The position numbers were made by a program, and so were the translations under genes. From the NCBI GenBank assembly GCA_041652755.1, contig JBAZGS010000006.1, positions 6,443-70,442 on the forward strand: a stretch of DNA of 64,000 nt. The letters are read 5' to 3'. The first letter of the stretch is position 1. Each line of letters opens with the position of its first letter. Below the pieces are notes generated by a model. The model was not told the DNA's origin, searched no databases, and saw only the letters and a list, made by a program, of their open reading frames with translations. The stretch comes from Candidatus Nanoarchaeia archaeon. GTDB taxonomy: Archaea; Nanobdellota; Nanobdellia; Tiddalikarchaeales; Tiddalikarchaeaceae. Shown in pieces: positions 36,577-45,248 of this stretch.

Positions 36577-38879
36577 TATCTTTCACTCCTCATTAAGTAT
36601 TCCTGCATGTTCCATTCTGATTCAAATCCATTAAGTTTACTTTGAACATAATTATCTTCAATAGAATATTTCTTAGATGCTAATAGTTCTTTAATGTTGT
36701 CTAAAACATATTCTGAAGCTTGGAATTTTTCAGCCAAGAAATAATCATAAATTAATTTATCAACATCATCAATTGTTGTGTCTAAAATATAAGAATAATC
36801 TAGTTCTAATTCGTTCACAGCCATTATTTTATAATTATTTCCATAAATTTTGTAAGAAATTGCATCAGCTCTTGCCTCCCAATCAAAATTATAGTTTAAG
36901 CTAGTTCCTTCATTAAAGATTTTCTCGCTTATGTAATGCCCTATTTCATGCATTAAGTCACTTTCTCCATTTTTAAAGTTCCATTCAATGCTATTATCCC
37001 CAAAATTACTATCACTTAAAGTTAGTGAAAGCGAAGGTGTTATTGCATCAAGATTTAGAGTGTTAAGATAATTATTTGCCATTTTAAGATTAAGCTCATA
37101 AACGGATTCATAACCCCCGTTTATTATATTTAATAATTCCTCGTTTGTATAAAGCTGCGGATAATAAGTTAACCCTATAGACAAGCTTTCTAATAATTGC
37201 CTGTTGTTTAAGGCTTTGATAGGGTCTAAGGCGATCTCGCCATTTGCGTTAACAATTACTCCTTCGCCTAAATTGATTAAATTCAAAGAATTTGACAAAT
37301 ATTTTAATTGACTAAAATAGTTCTGAGTGTTTTGTTTTGCCTGCTGGGCTGAGCCATAAAACATTCCGACCAAGCTTATAAAATTGAATAAGAAATTTGT
37401 CCATAAGGCAAAATTATTGGGTTTTTGCTCTTCATATTCTTTGTTAGGATCAAAAGTTCCCTGAACTCTTTGTATATTGCTCCAATAATAAGAATCTAAT
37501 TTATTCATGGAATCATAATTGTTTGTAACTATTAATGAAGGAGTAAACGAATACGTTCTTCCTTGTACTGTAAAATCAGCAACTCTTTCTTGAAGCGAAC
37601 CTGAATTATTTTCATTCACAGAATCTAAATAAGTCAATTTTAGCTCATCCGGACTTCCTGCTCCAACTAAATTCCCATTTTTGTCAAAAATCATTGTATA
37701 CATTAATTCTTTATTGTTTCCGAATTTTTTTGACAAATAACCAGCATTTTCATCATTGTATTTGTACTGAACTATTGTTAGCTCTTTATTTGTTTTAAAA
37801 AGTTCTTCATTTGGTTTTATAAATAAATCAAAATCTATGCCATAGGGGTTAGAATAACTAATTTGTTTATTTCTTTTAGAGTCAATATAATTCCTTATCC
37901 TGTTTGCTTGAGATACTGTGACTGCAAAACCTATTGCTCCAACTGTGAGCATTAAATTTTTTATTATTTCATCATTGCTTAATCCTTTATTAATTAATTC
38001 TATTATTTTATTGTTATAATTTCCTGCTTCTATATTATTTGTGAATTCTTCCCCTCCAGGTATGAAGGGGTTTAAAGAGTCCATTTCTCCATTAATGTTT
38101 GTTATTACAGTGATTCCTATTGTTTTAGTGATTGCTGTTCTGTCATCTTTTAATTTTAACAGTACTGTTTGAGTTCCAGTGCTTACTGGAGTTATTTCAA
38201 AAGTGTTAAGTCCACAGTTAGCTGTTCCTTCAATGTTAGTGTTTTTTAGGTATAGTTCATAAGTTATTGCTCCTGTGCATTCGCTGATGCTGAATGCTGC
38301 AAGTATTGGCTGTCCTGTTTTTCCTGTGCTTGAAGAGATATTGTAAGTGTTTAGTTTCATTTCTGTGCAATCATAAGGAACTTGCTTATCATCCCAGGTA
38401 ATGCATTTATCATAATCAGTCACTGTATCACACACTGTTCTTGTATCATAGCAGGTTGTATAATACCATCCTGTTTGAGTTTCATAATATGAGCAGTCAT
38501 AAGAAGGGGGGCAGGTTAAAGTATCCCTGCATACCATTTCTTCTCTCCATCCACAATTGTAAGGTATGTAGTCATAACATGCGTATCTGCTGAAATAATC
38601 ACAAGGAACTTCAATTAATTCATAATCACATTTGTATACATATTCAAAATTACATGTTTGAGTATAATGACAGCTTGGGGTGCATGTTTGAGGCACATAA
38701 ACACTATGAGGGCCATAAACCCTGCATGAGTGCGGATTGTAGTTTTCGTTTCTGCAATTAAATTCTATTGTGCCATATTGTGAGCAGTAAGATTCTGTTC
38801 TATAGCAAGTTGTTGAAAAAGAAACTGGAATTAATGATAATGTAAAGAATAATATAATTAACTTGGCAGTTAATTGCAT
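36576..38879 (-). CDS. Secreted Cys/Tyr-rich protein with a C-terminal gluzincin-type metallopeptidase motif
   Basis: Signal peptide MQLTAKLIILFFTLSLIPVSFS. About 150-aa N-terminal module with more than 25 Cys and many Tyr/Thr (CYRTESYCSQYG...CNFEYVYKCDYE...CYDTRTVCDTV). C-terminal HEIGHYISE (HExxH) plus downstream WEARADAIS (ExxxD, gluzincin third ligand). Confidence 0.5.
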   Translation of the reverse strand: MQLTAKLIILFFTLSLIPVSFSTTCYRTESYCSQYGTIEFNCRNENYNPHSCRVYGPHSVYVPQTCTPSCHYTQTCNFEYVYKCDYELIEVPCDYFSRYACYDYIPYNCGWREEMVCRDTLTCPPSYDCSYYETQTGWYYTTCYDTRTVCDTVTDYDKCITWDDKQVPYDCTEMKLNTYNISSSTGKTGQPILAAFSISECTGAITYELYLKNTNIEGTANCGLNTFEITPVSTGTQTVLLKLKDDRTAITKTIGITVITNINGEMDSLNPFIPGGEEFTNNIEAGNYNNKIIELINKGLSNDEIIKNLMLTVGAIGFAVTVSQANRIRNYIDSKRNKQISYSNPYGIDFDLFIKPNEELFKTNKELTIVQYKYNDENAGYLSKKFGNNKELMYTMIFDKNGNLVGAGSPDELKLTYLDSVNENNSGSLQERVADFTVQGRTYSFTPSLIVTNNYDSMNKLDSYYWSNIQRVQGTFDPNKEYEEQKPNNFALWTNFLFNFISLVGMFYGSAQQAKQNTQNYFSQLKYLSNSLNLINLGEGVIVNANGEIALDPIKALNNRQLLESLSIGLTYYPQLYTNEELLNIINGGYESVYELNLKMANNYLNTLNLDAITPSLSLTLSDSNFGDNSIEWNFKNGESDLMHEIGHYISEKIFNEGTSLNYNFDWEARADAISYKIYGNNYKIMAVNELELDYSYILDTTIDDVDKLIYDYFLAEKFQASEYVLDNIKELLASKKYSIEDNYVQSKLNGFESEWNMQEYLMRSER

Positions 38880-38950
38880 AAATAACTTATAAGCTCTTTA
38901 GATATAAATATTTTTATTGATTGATTTTTAGGTTAAAAAAAAATTTAATA

Positions 38951-38993
38951 ATTGGGAAAGGTGCGGATTGCTCCGCATCCTTTTTCTCCCAAT
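38951..38993 (-). terminator. Stem-loop plus T-tract terminator 3' of the S-layer gene
   Basis: ATTGGGAAAGG-TGCGGA-TTGC-TCCGCA-TCCTTTTTCTCCCAAT is an extended imperfect hairpin. On the minus strand it is followed by TATTAAA and T9 (A-run 38935-38943 on the + strand). Confidence 0.5.
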
Positions 38994-39021
38994 CATTAAA
39001 TAAAATTTAATTGTTTAAACT

Positions 39022-41367
39022 TTATTCAGCGTCAGCTACTACGCTTACTGTAGTGTAAGAGCTAGAACTTGTGTCTAACCATACTAGGTTTCCACTTAAA
39101 TCCATTGCTCTTGTTCCAGCTACGTGTGCAGCTAATGCTTGGCATGCAAGCTTTGTGTCTTTAGCGTCTCTTCCTGCTATTACAAGAACTGTCTGGCTTC
39201 CGCCAAATGCATTCTCGATTAATTCTAAATACGCTTTGTTAGTTGCTTCTAATAATGCAGCAGTAGTTATTCCTTCTTCATTAGCTGCTAATTCTGCAGT
39301 TAATAAGTTAGCGTCTCCACCACCAATTATTATAGTTGGTTTTGCTAAAGTTACTGGGCTTGAATAAGCTGATGCGCTTGCTCCTATTCCAGGTGTTATT
39401 GGAGTTACTCCTCCAGCACTTGCAACATTTGAGCCTGCAACAGTCCATCCTTCGCCATCAATCTCGTCTCCAACACTAACTGTTGTTGCTTCTGTAGCAC
39501 TTCTTCCAATCCATAGATCTGCTTGTCTTCTTGTTTCAGTAGCTTCTATGTTTATTGAATCTACAGTTCTACTTACCATTCCACCCCATGCAGTATATGT
39601 GTCTTCACCAGTAATTAGGTTTCCTTTTCCTGCAACAGTTAAAGAATCAATGGTATTGTTTTTATAAACAATTGTCATTACATCTCCATTGTTTTCTTTT
39701 ACAGTTAAAGTTCCTGAGATTTTTCCATTGTTGTTTAATTCATCAACTCCACTAGTTGCAGCATAACTTATCTCATTTAAATATAATGGAGTATAATTTG
39801 TTAATTCTCCACCAAATTTAGGTGATTGTTTTGCTGTAAAGTTAAGCAAAGTTATGTTGTATTGCATTGTTGGGTATGTTGATCCACTTGTGTTTACAAA
39901 TGTAATATTATACCAAGCACTTGATGTGTTAAACAATGCAGCACCACTCCAAACTGGAGCTAAAGCAGCAGGTACATCCATTTGAGTAAAGTTTGATACT
40001 GGCACTAATTGTAATGCATCTCCACCAGCATTTTTTACCCACATGTGTGTATAGTTAACAAGCTGTATTATGTTTAAGTCATCTGAGCCTATTAACTGAA
40101 GTGTTGATGTGTGTCTATCTGTTCCTATTGTTGTTCCTGTTATTCCATGCAAATAAAGTGCTTTTGATTCTGATTCATTATTTGTATAAGAAATAGCTGG
40201 AGCTACTCCTCCTCCTGAACTTGCAGCAGGGATATTTGTAATTGAAATTGAAGTTGTATTCACATCTCTCCATCCTGCGAAAGTTAAGTTAAAGTAATCC
40301 ATTACTCCAAGGCTTTCTCCTGCAACTAATTTTATGTTGTTAGGATATGATGGGCTAGTAAAGCTTATTGAGCTTAAATTTCCATCCCCATTTGCATCAC
40401 TTACAATATTAACTTTCCAATTTGCTAAAGAAGCATCTAAAGCGCTTGCATTCTTAGTTGATTGTAGGCTAAATGCTGAAGTTGACCAGCTTAAATCAAT
40501 TGTTGAAGCTCCTGAGCTTAGTGTTCTTAAATTACTTAAAGTAAATAAGTAATCTCCTAAGTTATCTTTTGTTCCAACATTAGACATAAAGTCATTGAAC
40601 ATTACAGTTCCGTTTTCTGCTGTAACTTTAACTAAAACATCTTGGTTTCCAGTTGTACTGAAATCAAGAAGTTGTATAGTTGCTTCTCCTGGTATTGTTA
40701 CTGTTGAAGGGAATGTTAATCCTTTATTATCAACCATGTTTCCAAACTTTACTTCATTAGCAGCTGGAATAGATACTATTTGGTAATTTTGTCCAAACAT
40801 TGGAATTACTGATCCAACTGGAAATTCATACTTTGCTGTTCCATTATAAGAAACAGTATATACAACATTTCCTGGTGATTCAGCATATTCTCCACCATAG
40901 TTTATTGATGCTGTTGCTCCAACAGTTAATTTTTCATAGATTGGGTATTCAGTATCATTGTATGAAACTGTTGCATTTGTCATCCAGTCAAAACCGCTTA
41001 CGCTATTGTTGAAGATTGTACCAACTGGTGAATTTGTTATATTCATATATCCTGTTGATGAATTTATTTGTCCAGGTGTCATTGGCCTTGTTAGGCTTAT
41101 TGATCCGCTTGATGTTACTGTTGCGCTTGCTTGTTGAGCAAATGCTGCAGCAACATCCATTGCGCCGGCTAAGTCGCTTGAGATTCCAGCAGCTGTTCCG
41201 CTTGAACCTACTACAATATTAGCATTAAATACCCCATTTGTTACAAATGGTGCTGGTAAATTTGCTAATGTTGCTGCCATTACAGGTGCCATCATAGAGC
41301 TAGCCATGATTGCTGAGCCTGCTAAAGCTGCGACTTTCTTTATTTTCATTACTAAATTGTTTTGCAT
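39022..41367 (-). CDS. S-layer (surface layer) protein, Methanococcus-type S_layer_N/S_layer_C architecture
   Basis: Signal peptide MKIKKVAALAGSAIMASSMMAPVMAA. N-terminal VVGSSGTAAGISSDLAGAMDVAAAFAQQA resembles the euryarchaeal S-layer N-domain. Thr/Ser/Gly/Asn-rich beta body. C-terminal LLTAELAANEEG...VLVIAGRDAKDTKLACQALAAHVAG. Start placed at Met34 of the track ORF, behind a GGAG and a TATAAAAG box. Confidence 0.6.
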   Translation of the reverse strand: MQNNLVMKIKKVAALAGSAIMASSMMAPVMAATLANLPAPFVTNGVFNANIVVGSSGTAAGISSDLAGAMDVAAAFAQQASATVTSSGSISLTRPMTPGQINSSTGYMNITNSPVGTIFNNSVSGFDWMTNATVSYNDTEYPIYEKLTVGATASINYGGEYAESPGNVVYTVSYNGTAKYEFPVGSVIPMFGQNYQIVSIPAANEVKFGNMVDNKGLTFPSTVTIPGEATIQLLDFSTTGNQDVLVKVTAENGTVMFNDFMSNVGTKDNLGDYLFTLSNLRTLSSGASTIDLSWSTSAFSLQSTKNASALDASLANWKVNIVSDANGDGNLSSISFTSPSYPNNIKLVAGESLGVMDYFNLTFAGWRDVNTTSISITNIPAASSGGGVAPAISYTNNESESKALYLHGITGTTIGTDRHTSTLQLIGSDDLNIIQLVNYTHMWVKNAGGDALQLVPVSNFTQMDVPAALAPVWSGAALFNTSSAWYNITFVNTSGSTYPTMQYNITLLNFTAKQSPKFGGELTNYTPLYLNEISYAATSGVDELNNNGKISGTLTVKENNGDVMTIVYKNNTIDSLTVAGKGNLITGEDTYTAWGGMVSRTVDSINIEATETRRQADLWIGRSATEATTVSVGDEIDGEGWTVAGSNVASAGGVTPITPGIGASASAYSSPVTLAKPTIIIGGGDANLLTAELAANEEGITTAALLEATNKAYLELIENAFGGSQTVLVIAGRDAKDTKLACQALAAHVAGTRAMDLSGNLVWLDTSSSSYTTVSVVADAE

Positions 41368-41482
41368 TTTACTTTTTCTCCGTTTTCTTTTATAGTGTGT
41401 ATATTTTTTAGGAAAACTTTTCTTTTTACTGTTTCCTCTAACTAGAATAGTGTGTGTAATAAACAAGGTTAATTGTTTGCTT

Positions 41483-41890
41483 TTAAAGATTTTGCCTAGT
41501 ATTACTTCGTATTACTTTCCTGGATAGTATTTTATTTAGGCTTAATTGGGTTTTTAGCTGTTTGTCTATTTCATTTAATTTTCCTAAGAAATCGTTGGCG
41601 AAATTTTCTAATTCTCCTGCGCTTAATTCAAGCTTGTATGGTTCAATGATTTCAGCGCTGGTTGGTGAATAATTTATCATAAATGAGAAAAATTCTGTCA
41701 AGTTTTTGAATGTGATTGTGATTTCAATAAAGGAGGAGTAAAATTCTTTGCCTGTTTTTTCAGGCTTTTCTATGTGCTCATCTTCTGTTTTGAAGTTTTT
41801 CTTGAAAGAGTCAAGCATTGCATTTACTGTTTTTATTAATAATTCTTTGGGTGAGCCCATTGTTTGTATTATTAGTCTTGATTTTATCAT
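41483..41890 (-). CDS. Hypothetical protein
   Basis: Open frame of 135 aa with mixed alpha/beta composition. Confidence 0.25.
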   Translation of the reverse strand: MIKSRLIIQTMGSPKELLIKTVNAMLDSFKKNFKTEDEHIEKPEKTGKEFYSSFIEITITFKNLTEFFSFMINYSPTSAEIIEPYKLELSAGELENFANDFLGKLNEIDKQLKTQLSLNKILSRKVIRSNTRQNL

Positions 41891-42867
41891 TTTATTTTCA
41901 CATACATTATTATTAGGGAGATTAGCCCTATCAATATTGCTGGTATGTAGTAATATTCATCCCTTTTTAAATTTAATTTTGCGGTTATTTTTGAAGTTTG
42001 CCCTTCCTGAATAGTTGATGAAACATTAATTGGTTCAGGGCAGCTGATTATTTCGCACTCAATGCAGGTTTCGCATTCAGGGCAGGTAAGATTAATTTGT
42101 TCAGGTTCTTGCGTTTGGTTTGTTATTATTTCAATTGAATTAAGCGTTTGGTAAGTGTTTATATCAGATTCTGCTTTAATAATGTAATCATAAACTCCTT
42201 GGCTTATGTTTTCTAATATTTTGTTTTTCATAATTATTATTGCGCTTGAGCCTTTTGTTATGTTTAGTACCTTGAAGGAGTCATCATTTAAATTTTCATT
42301 AATGTAATTGGTTTGGTTTTTTATAAATGAAGATAATAATATTACACTGTTTTGGTCAATGTTTGTGATATTCACATAAGCAGTTACTTCAGAGTTAGGG
42401 ACTGCTGTTTGGCTGGATAATACGCTTAATATTATTCCAGCGCTTTGTTCGGGAATTGTTTCTTGGTTGCTTGTTTGCTTTACCAATATGAAATTCCCGT
42501 CATCGCAGTCAGTTCTTGTTTTTGTAGTTCCATCCTTTTTATAGCTTAGCTGCAGATAAAACCTGTAAACTGAGCTTGGCGCATTGTTTAAATTAACTGT
42601 TAAAGTGTCTAAGTATTGGTTATTTATTGAAATATTTTGTGTGAGCAATAATGCATCACACTTTAAGCTGTATTTTCCTTCTGTAAAATCATAGTTTGAT
42701 AGGCAGATTTTCAGTGTTCCTATTCCTATGAATTCTTCTTCAATATTAACTGATATTGCTGCAGAGTCTTGCGGGTAATATAAGTGATTTGTTAGGGTTC
42801 CTTCAACTCCTGCATAGATTGGGCTGAAAAGCAGCATAATTGCCAGTGCAATTACTTGTTTTTTCAT
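41887..42867 (-). CDS. Secreted, C-terminally anchored surface protein with a CxxCxxCxxC cluster
   Basis: Signal peptide MKKQVIALAIMLLFSPIYA. Thr/Asn-rich beta body. CPECETCIECEIISCPEP cluster. C-terminal TM helix IPAILIGLISLIIMYV plus KIK (tripartite sorting-signal-like tail). Confidence 0.35.
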   Translation of the reverse strand: MKKQVIALAIMLLFSPIYAGVEGTLTNHLYYPQDSAAISVNIEEEFIGIGTLKICLSNYDFTEGKYSLKCDALLLTQNISINNQYLDTLTVNLNNAPSSVYRFYLQLSYKKDGTTKTRTDCDDGNFILVKQTSNQETIPEQSAGIILSVLSSQTAVPNSEVTAYVNITNIDQNSVILLSSFIKNQTNYINENLNDDSFKVLNITKGSSAIIIMKNKILENISQGVYDYIIKAESDINTYQTLNSIEIITNQTQEPEQINLTCPECETCIECEIISCPEPINVSSTIQEGQTSKITAKLNLKRDEYYYIPAILIGLISLIIMYVKIK

Positions 42868-42929
42868 GAAATTTTTAGTGTTTAATAATTAAAAAAAGTT
42901 TTTAAACAATTAAGTTATTCATTTTAAAC

Positions 42930-43418
42930 ATGGGTTTATTTGACAATAATAAAAAATCAAGCAACATTAGCTTTCCTCAAAAAGAGGGAGAAATGAAACC
43001 TGCTTTTCCAGAGCCTCCGGAGTCAATTGATGACTTTGATGATCTAGGAAGCGTAAAAAATAGTGTTGAATCTTCAATGCCTGAAAATGACTCAAACATT
43101 GATGATAGTGCTGTTGAGAATGCTTTAGAAGAAGATATGGTTTCAAAAGAGCCAACTATGCCTATTAATTTTGGACAAAGGCCTAAGATGGAAAGCAACA
43201 ATCCAATATTATATATTAAGCTTTCAGAGTATAAAGAAGTTGTCCAAGCAACGAGCAATATGAGAAAGGATATTGAAAAGGCTAAGGCTATTGTTGGAGA
43301 TTTAAGAATGATTGAAAGGGATGAGAATTCAAAGCTTGAAAAGAGCGAAGAGGTAATTAAGGAAGTTGAAGATATAATCTCTTTGTTTGAAAAAGTGATG
43401 ATTACCCCTATAGAATAA
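42930..43418 (+). CDS. Hypothetical acidic protein
   Basis: Asp/Glu-rich disordered N-terminal half and a helical C-terminal half. Confidence 0.25.
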   Translation: MGLFDNNKKSSNISFPQKEGEMKPAFPEPPESIDDFDDLGSVKNSVESSMPENDSNIDDSAVENALEEDMVSKEPTMPINFGQRPKMESNNPILYIKLSEYKEVVQATSNMRKDIEKAKAIVGDLRMIERDENSKLEKSEEVIKEVEDIISLFEKVMITPIE

Positions 43419-43686
43419 AAAAACTAAAAAAATAATTAAAAAATAAGGTTTTTAGTTTGGTTTTGCAATTGGCCTTAAAGCTAATTGCTGAATTCTATGT
43501 TTGTACCATTCGGTTTCAAGTTTTTGTTTTTTTGCTTCATTTTCTATTTCTCTAGACATTTCATTGAAGCTTTTGAAGTTGCATATCATAGTTATTTAGT
43601 TACTTATGGGTTTATTTAAAAAGAAATGATACTAAGCTTCCCCTAATCCGTTAATATTTTAAATACACACTTAATCAATAATATTC

Positions 43687-44247
43687 ATGGTTTTCAAGAA
43701 AGGCCACGTGCCAGTTAAAAAAAAATCTGCTGCAAAAAAAGCATCTGATGTTATTAAAAAAAAAGAAAATGACGTCTCTGATTTTTATGTTAAATTTGGA
43801 ATAAAAAATGATATGAAAAACAATTTATCAAACCTTTCTTACTTAATTGCCACATTAAAAAAAGATTTAAGTCTTGTTAATAATCTTAGAGGGAAAAAAG
43901 CTTTTTTAAGAAAAGAGCTTTATGAAACCCTTATTAGCTTAAGGCTTAATATCGATTCATTTGAAAGGCATATGCCTGCCAAGGAATATGAAGCTTTAAA
44001 GAACAAGATTCTAGAAATAAGCAAGTATGCCAAGAAAGAATTGGATAAAAAACCTGAAGTCAGAAAAGTTGAAAGGATAGTTCCAAAACCTGCTGAAATT
44101 ATAAAGGAAACCATAAAAAAGCCTGAGCCTGTTGCTGAAAAAAAATCCAGCCTTTTTGATGGAGCTTCAGACAAGGAGAAAAAAGAGCTTGAAACGCTAA
44201 GAAAGGATTTGGAAGACATAAGCGAGCAGCTAAGAAACAAGGATTAG
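43687..44247 (+). CDS. Hypothetical Lys-rich coiled-coil protein
   Basis: About 25% Lys, predicted helical. Possibly nucleic-acid binding. Confidence 0.25.
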   Translation: MVFKKGHVPVKKKSAAKKASDVIKKKENDVSDFYVKFGIKNDMKNNLSNLSYLIATLKKDLSLVNNLRGKKAFLRKELYETLISLRLNIDSFERHMPAKEYEALKNKILEISKYAKKELDKKPEVRKVERIVPKPAEIIKETIKKPEPVAEKKSSLFDGASDKEKKELETLRKDLEDISEQLRNKD

Positions 44248-44298
44248 TAAAAAAAATAAGTTTTTTAAAACAAGTGTTATCTATTAATTATTAGCTTT

Positions 44299-44445
44299 GC
44301 AGGGTTGCCGGAGCGGTCAAACGGAACAGACTCAAGACTACTATGTTTTGAGTTATGAGCATATTAATTGTGCGATGAAATATTGTTAAAATGTGAGAAA
44401 TCTGTCAGCTTAGTGCTTGCGCGAGTTCGAATCTCGTACCCTGCA
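44299..44445 (+). tRNA. tRNA-Leu (anticodon CAA) with an approximately 60-nt intron at 37/38
   Basis: Acceptor GCAGGGT/ACCCTGC, discriminator A. Long D-loop (AGCGGTCAAA). Anticodon stem ACAGA/TCTGT with loop CTCAAGA. Long variable arm. T-arm GCGAG-TTCGAAT-CTCGT. TTTTTAAAA box about 30 nt upstream and a T-tract downstream. Confidence 0.85.
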
Positions 44446-44487
44446 ATTTTTTATTTTTTTGATTTATAAAAATTGCTGCTTTAACTG

Positions 44488-45210
44488 TTATTTTATTCTT
44501 GATGCAGTGGTTATTGTGAATGGGATTGTTTTTAGCCATACTTTCCTGTTTTTAACATTTTCAAAAATATTGTTTAAATCAATGAGGTTGTAATTAAGTG
44601 TTATTAATAATCCTCCTTTTTTTAGCAAACCTTTTAGTTTTGCAAGCATTTTTTTAAGCTGCTCACCTGAATAATAATGCAACACTAATGAAGCTAGTAT
44701 TACATCATATTTTTTTTTCAAAACAAATTTTTCTAGATCTGTGCAATAAAAATGTGCATTAAAGTTTTTTAGCCTTTTTTTTGCAAGGTCAAGCATTTTT
44801 GGTGAAATATCCAGCAAATCAATTGAGTTAAAACCTTTTTTGAATAATTCTAAATCGTTTTCTCCTGTTCCTGCCCCAATATCTAAAATGCTTGAATTAT
44901 TTGGAATTTTTGAGAACTCCTTTAATAGTTCTTTTATTATAGGATTATTTTTTTTGTAAACAATGTGATAATTCTTGGCATATTCATCATAAAATTCCTT
45001 GTATTCTTTGGTTGATGCATCCATAGGTATGAAATATCCTGGCAAAAAACCATCATACATTACATGCTTGTTATTAATGTTTAATTTAACAAAGGATGGC
45101 TCTTTTTTTACATTCAGCTTTATCCAAGATGGGCGCTTTCCGCTGCCGCCATAAGAAAATGATATTTTACGTTTTGGTTTTATTGAATAATAAAGCTTGA
45201 CAATTCGCAT
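44488..45210 (-). CDS. Class I SAM-dependent methyltransferase
   Basis: Motif I ILDIGAGTGEN and an acidic post-I residue (DLLDIS). Confidence 0.65.
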   Translation of the reverse strand: MRIVKLYYSIKPKRKISFSYGGSGKRPSWIKLNVKKEPSFVKLNINNKHVMYDGFLPGYFIPMDASTKEYKEFYDEYAKNYHIVYKKNNPIIKELLKEFSKIPNNSSILDIGAGTGENDLELFKKGFNSIDLLDISPKMLDLAKKRLKNFNAHFYCTDLEKFVLKKKYDVILASLVLHYYSGEQLKKMLAKLKGLLKKGGLLITLNYNLIDLNNIFENVKNRKVWLKTIPFTITTASRIK

Positions 45211-45248
45211 TATAATGGTTTTTTATTGCCAATTGTTTAAAAATATGA

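Noticed and set aside
39071-41222. Several 60-100-aa ORFs antisense to the S-layer gene (39071, 40334, 40595, 40800, 41016)
   Set aside because: They lie entirely inside a confidently assigned gene on the opposite strand, have low-complexity Leu/Ser/Gln-rich translations typical of antisense frames, and have no motifs.
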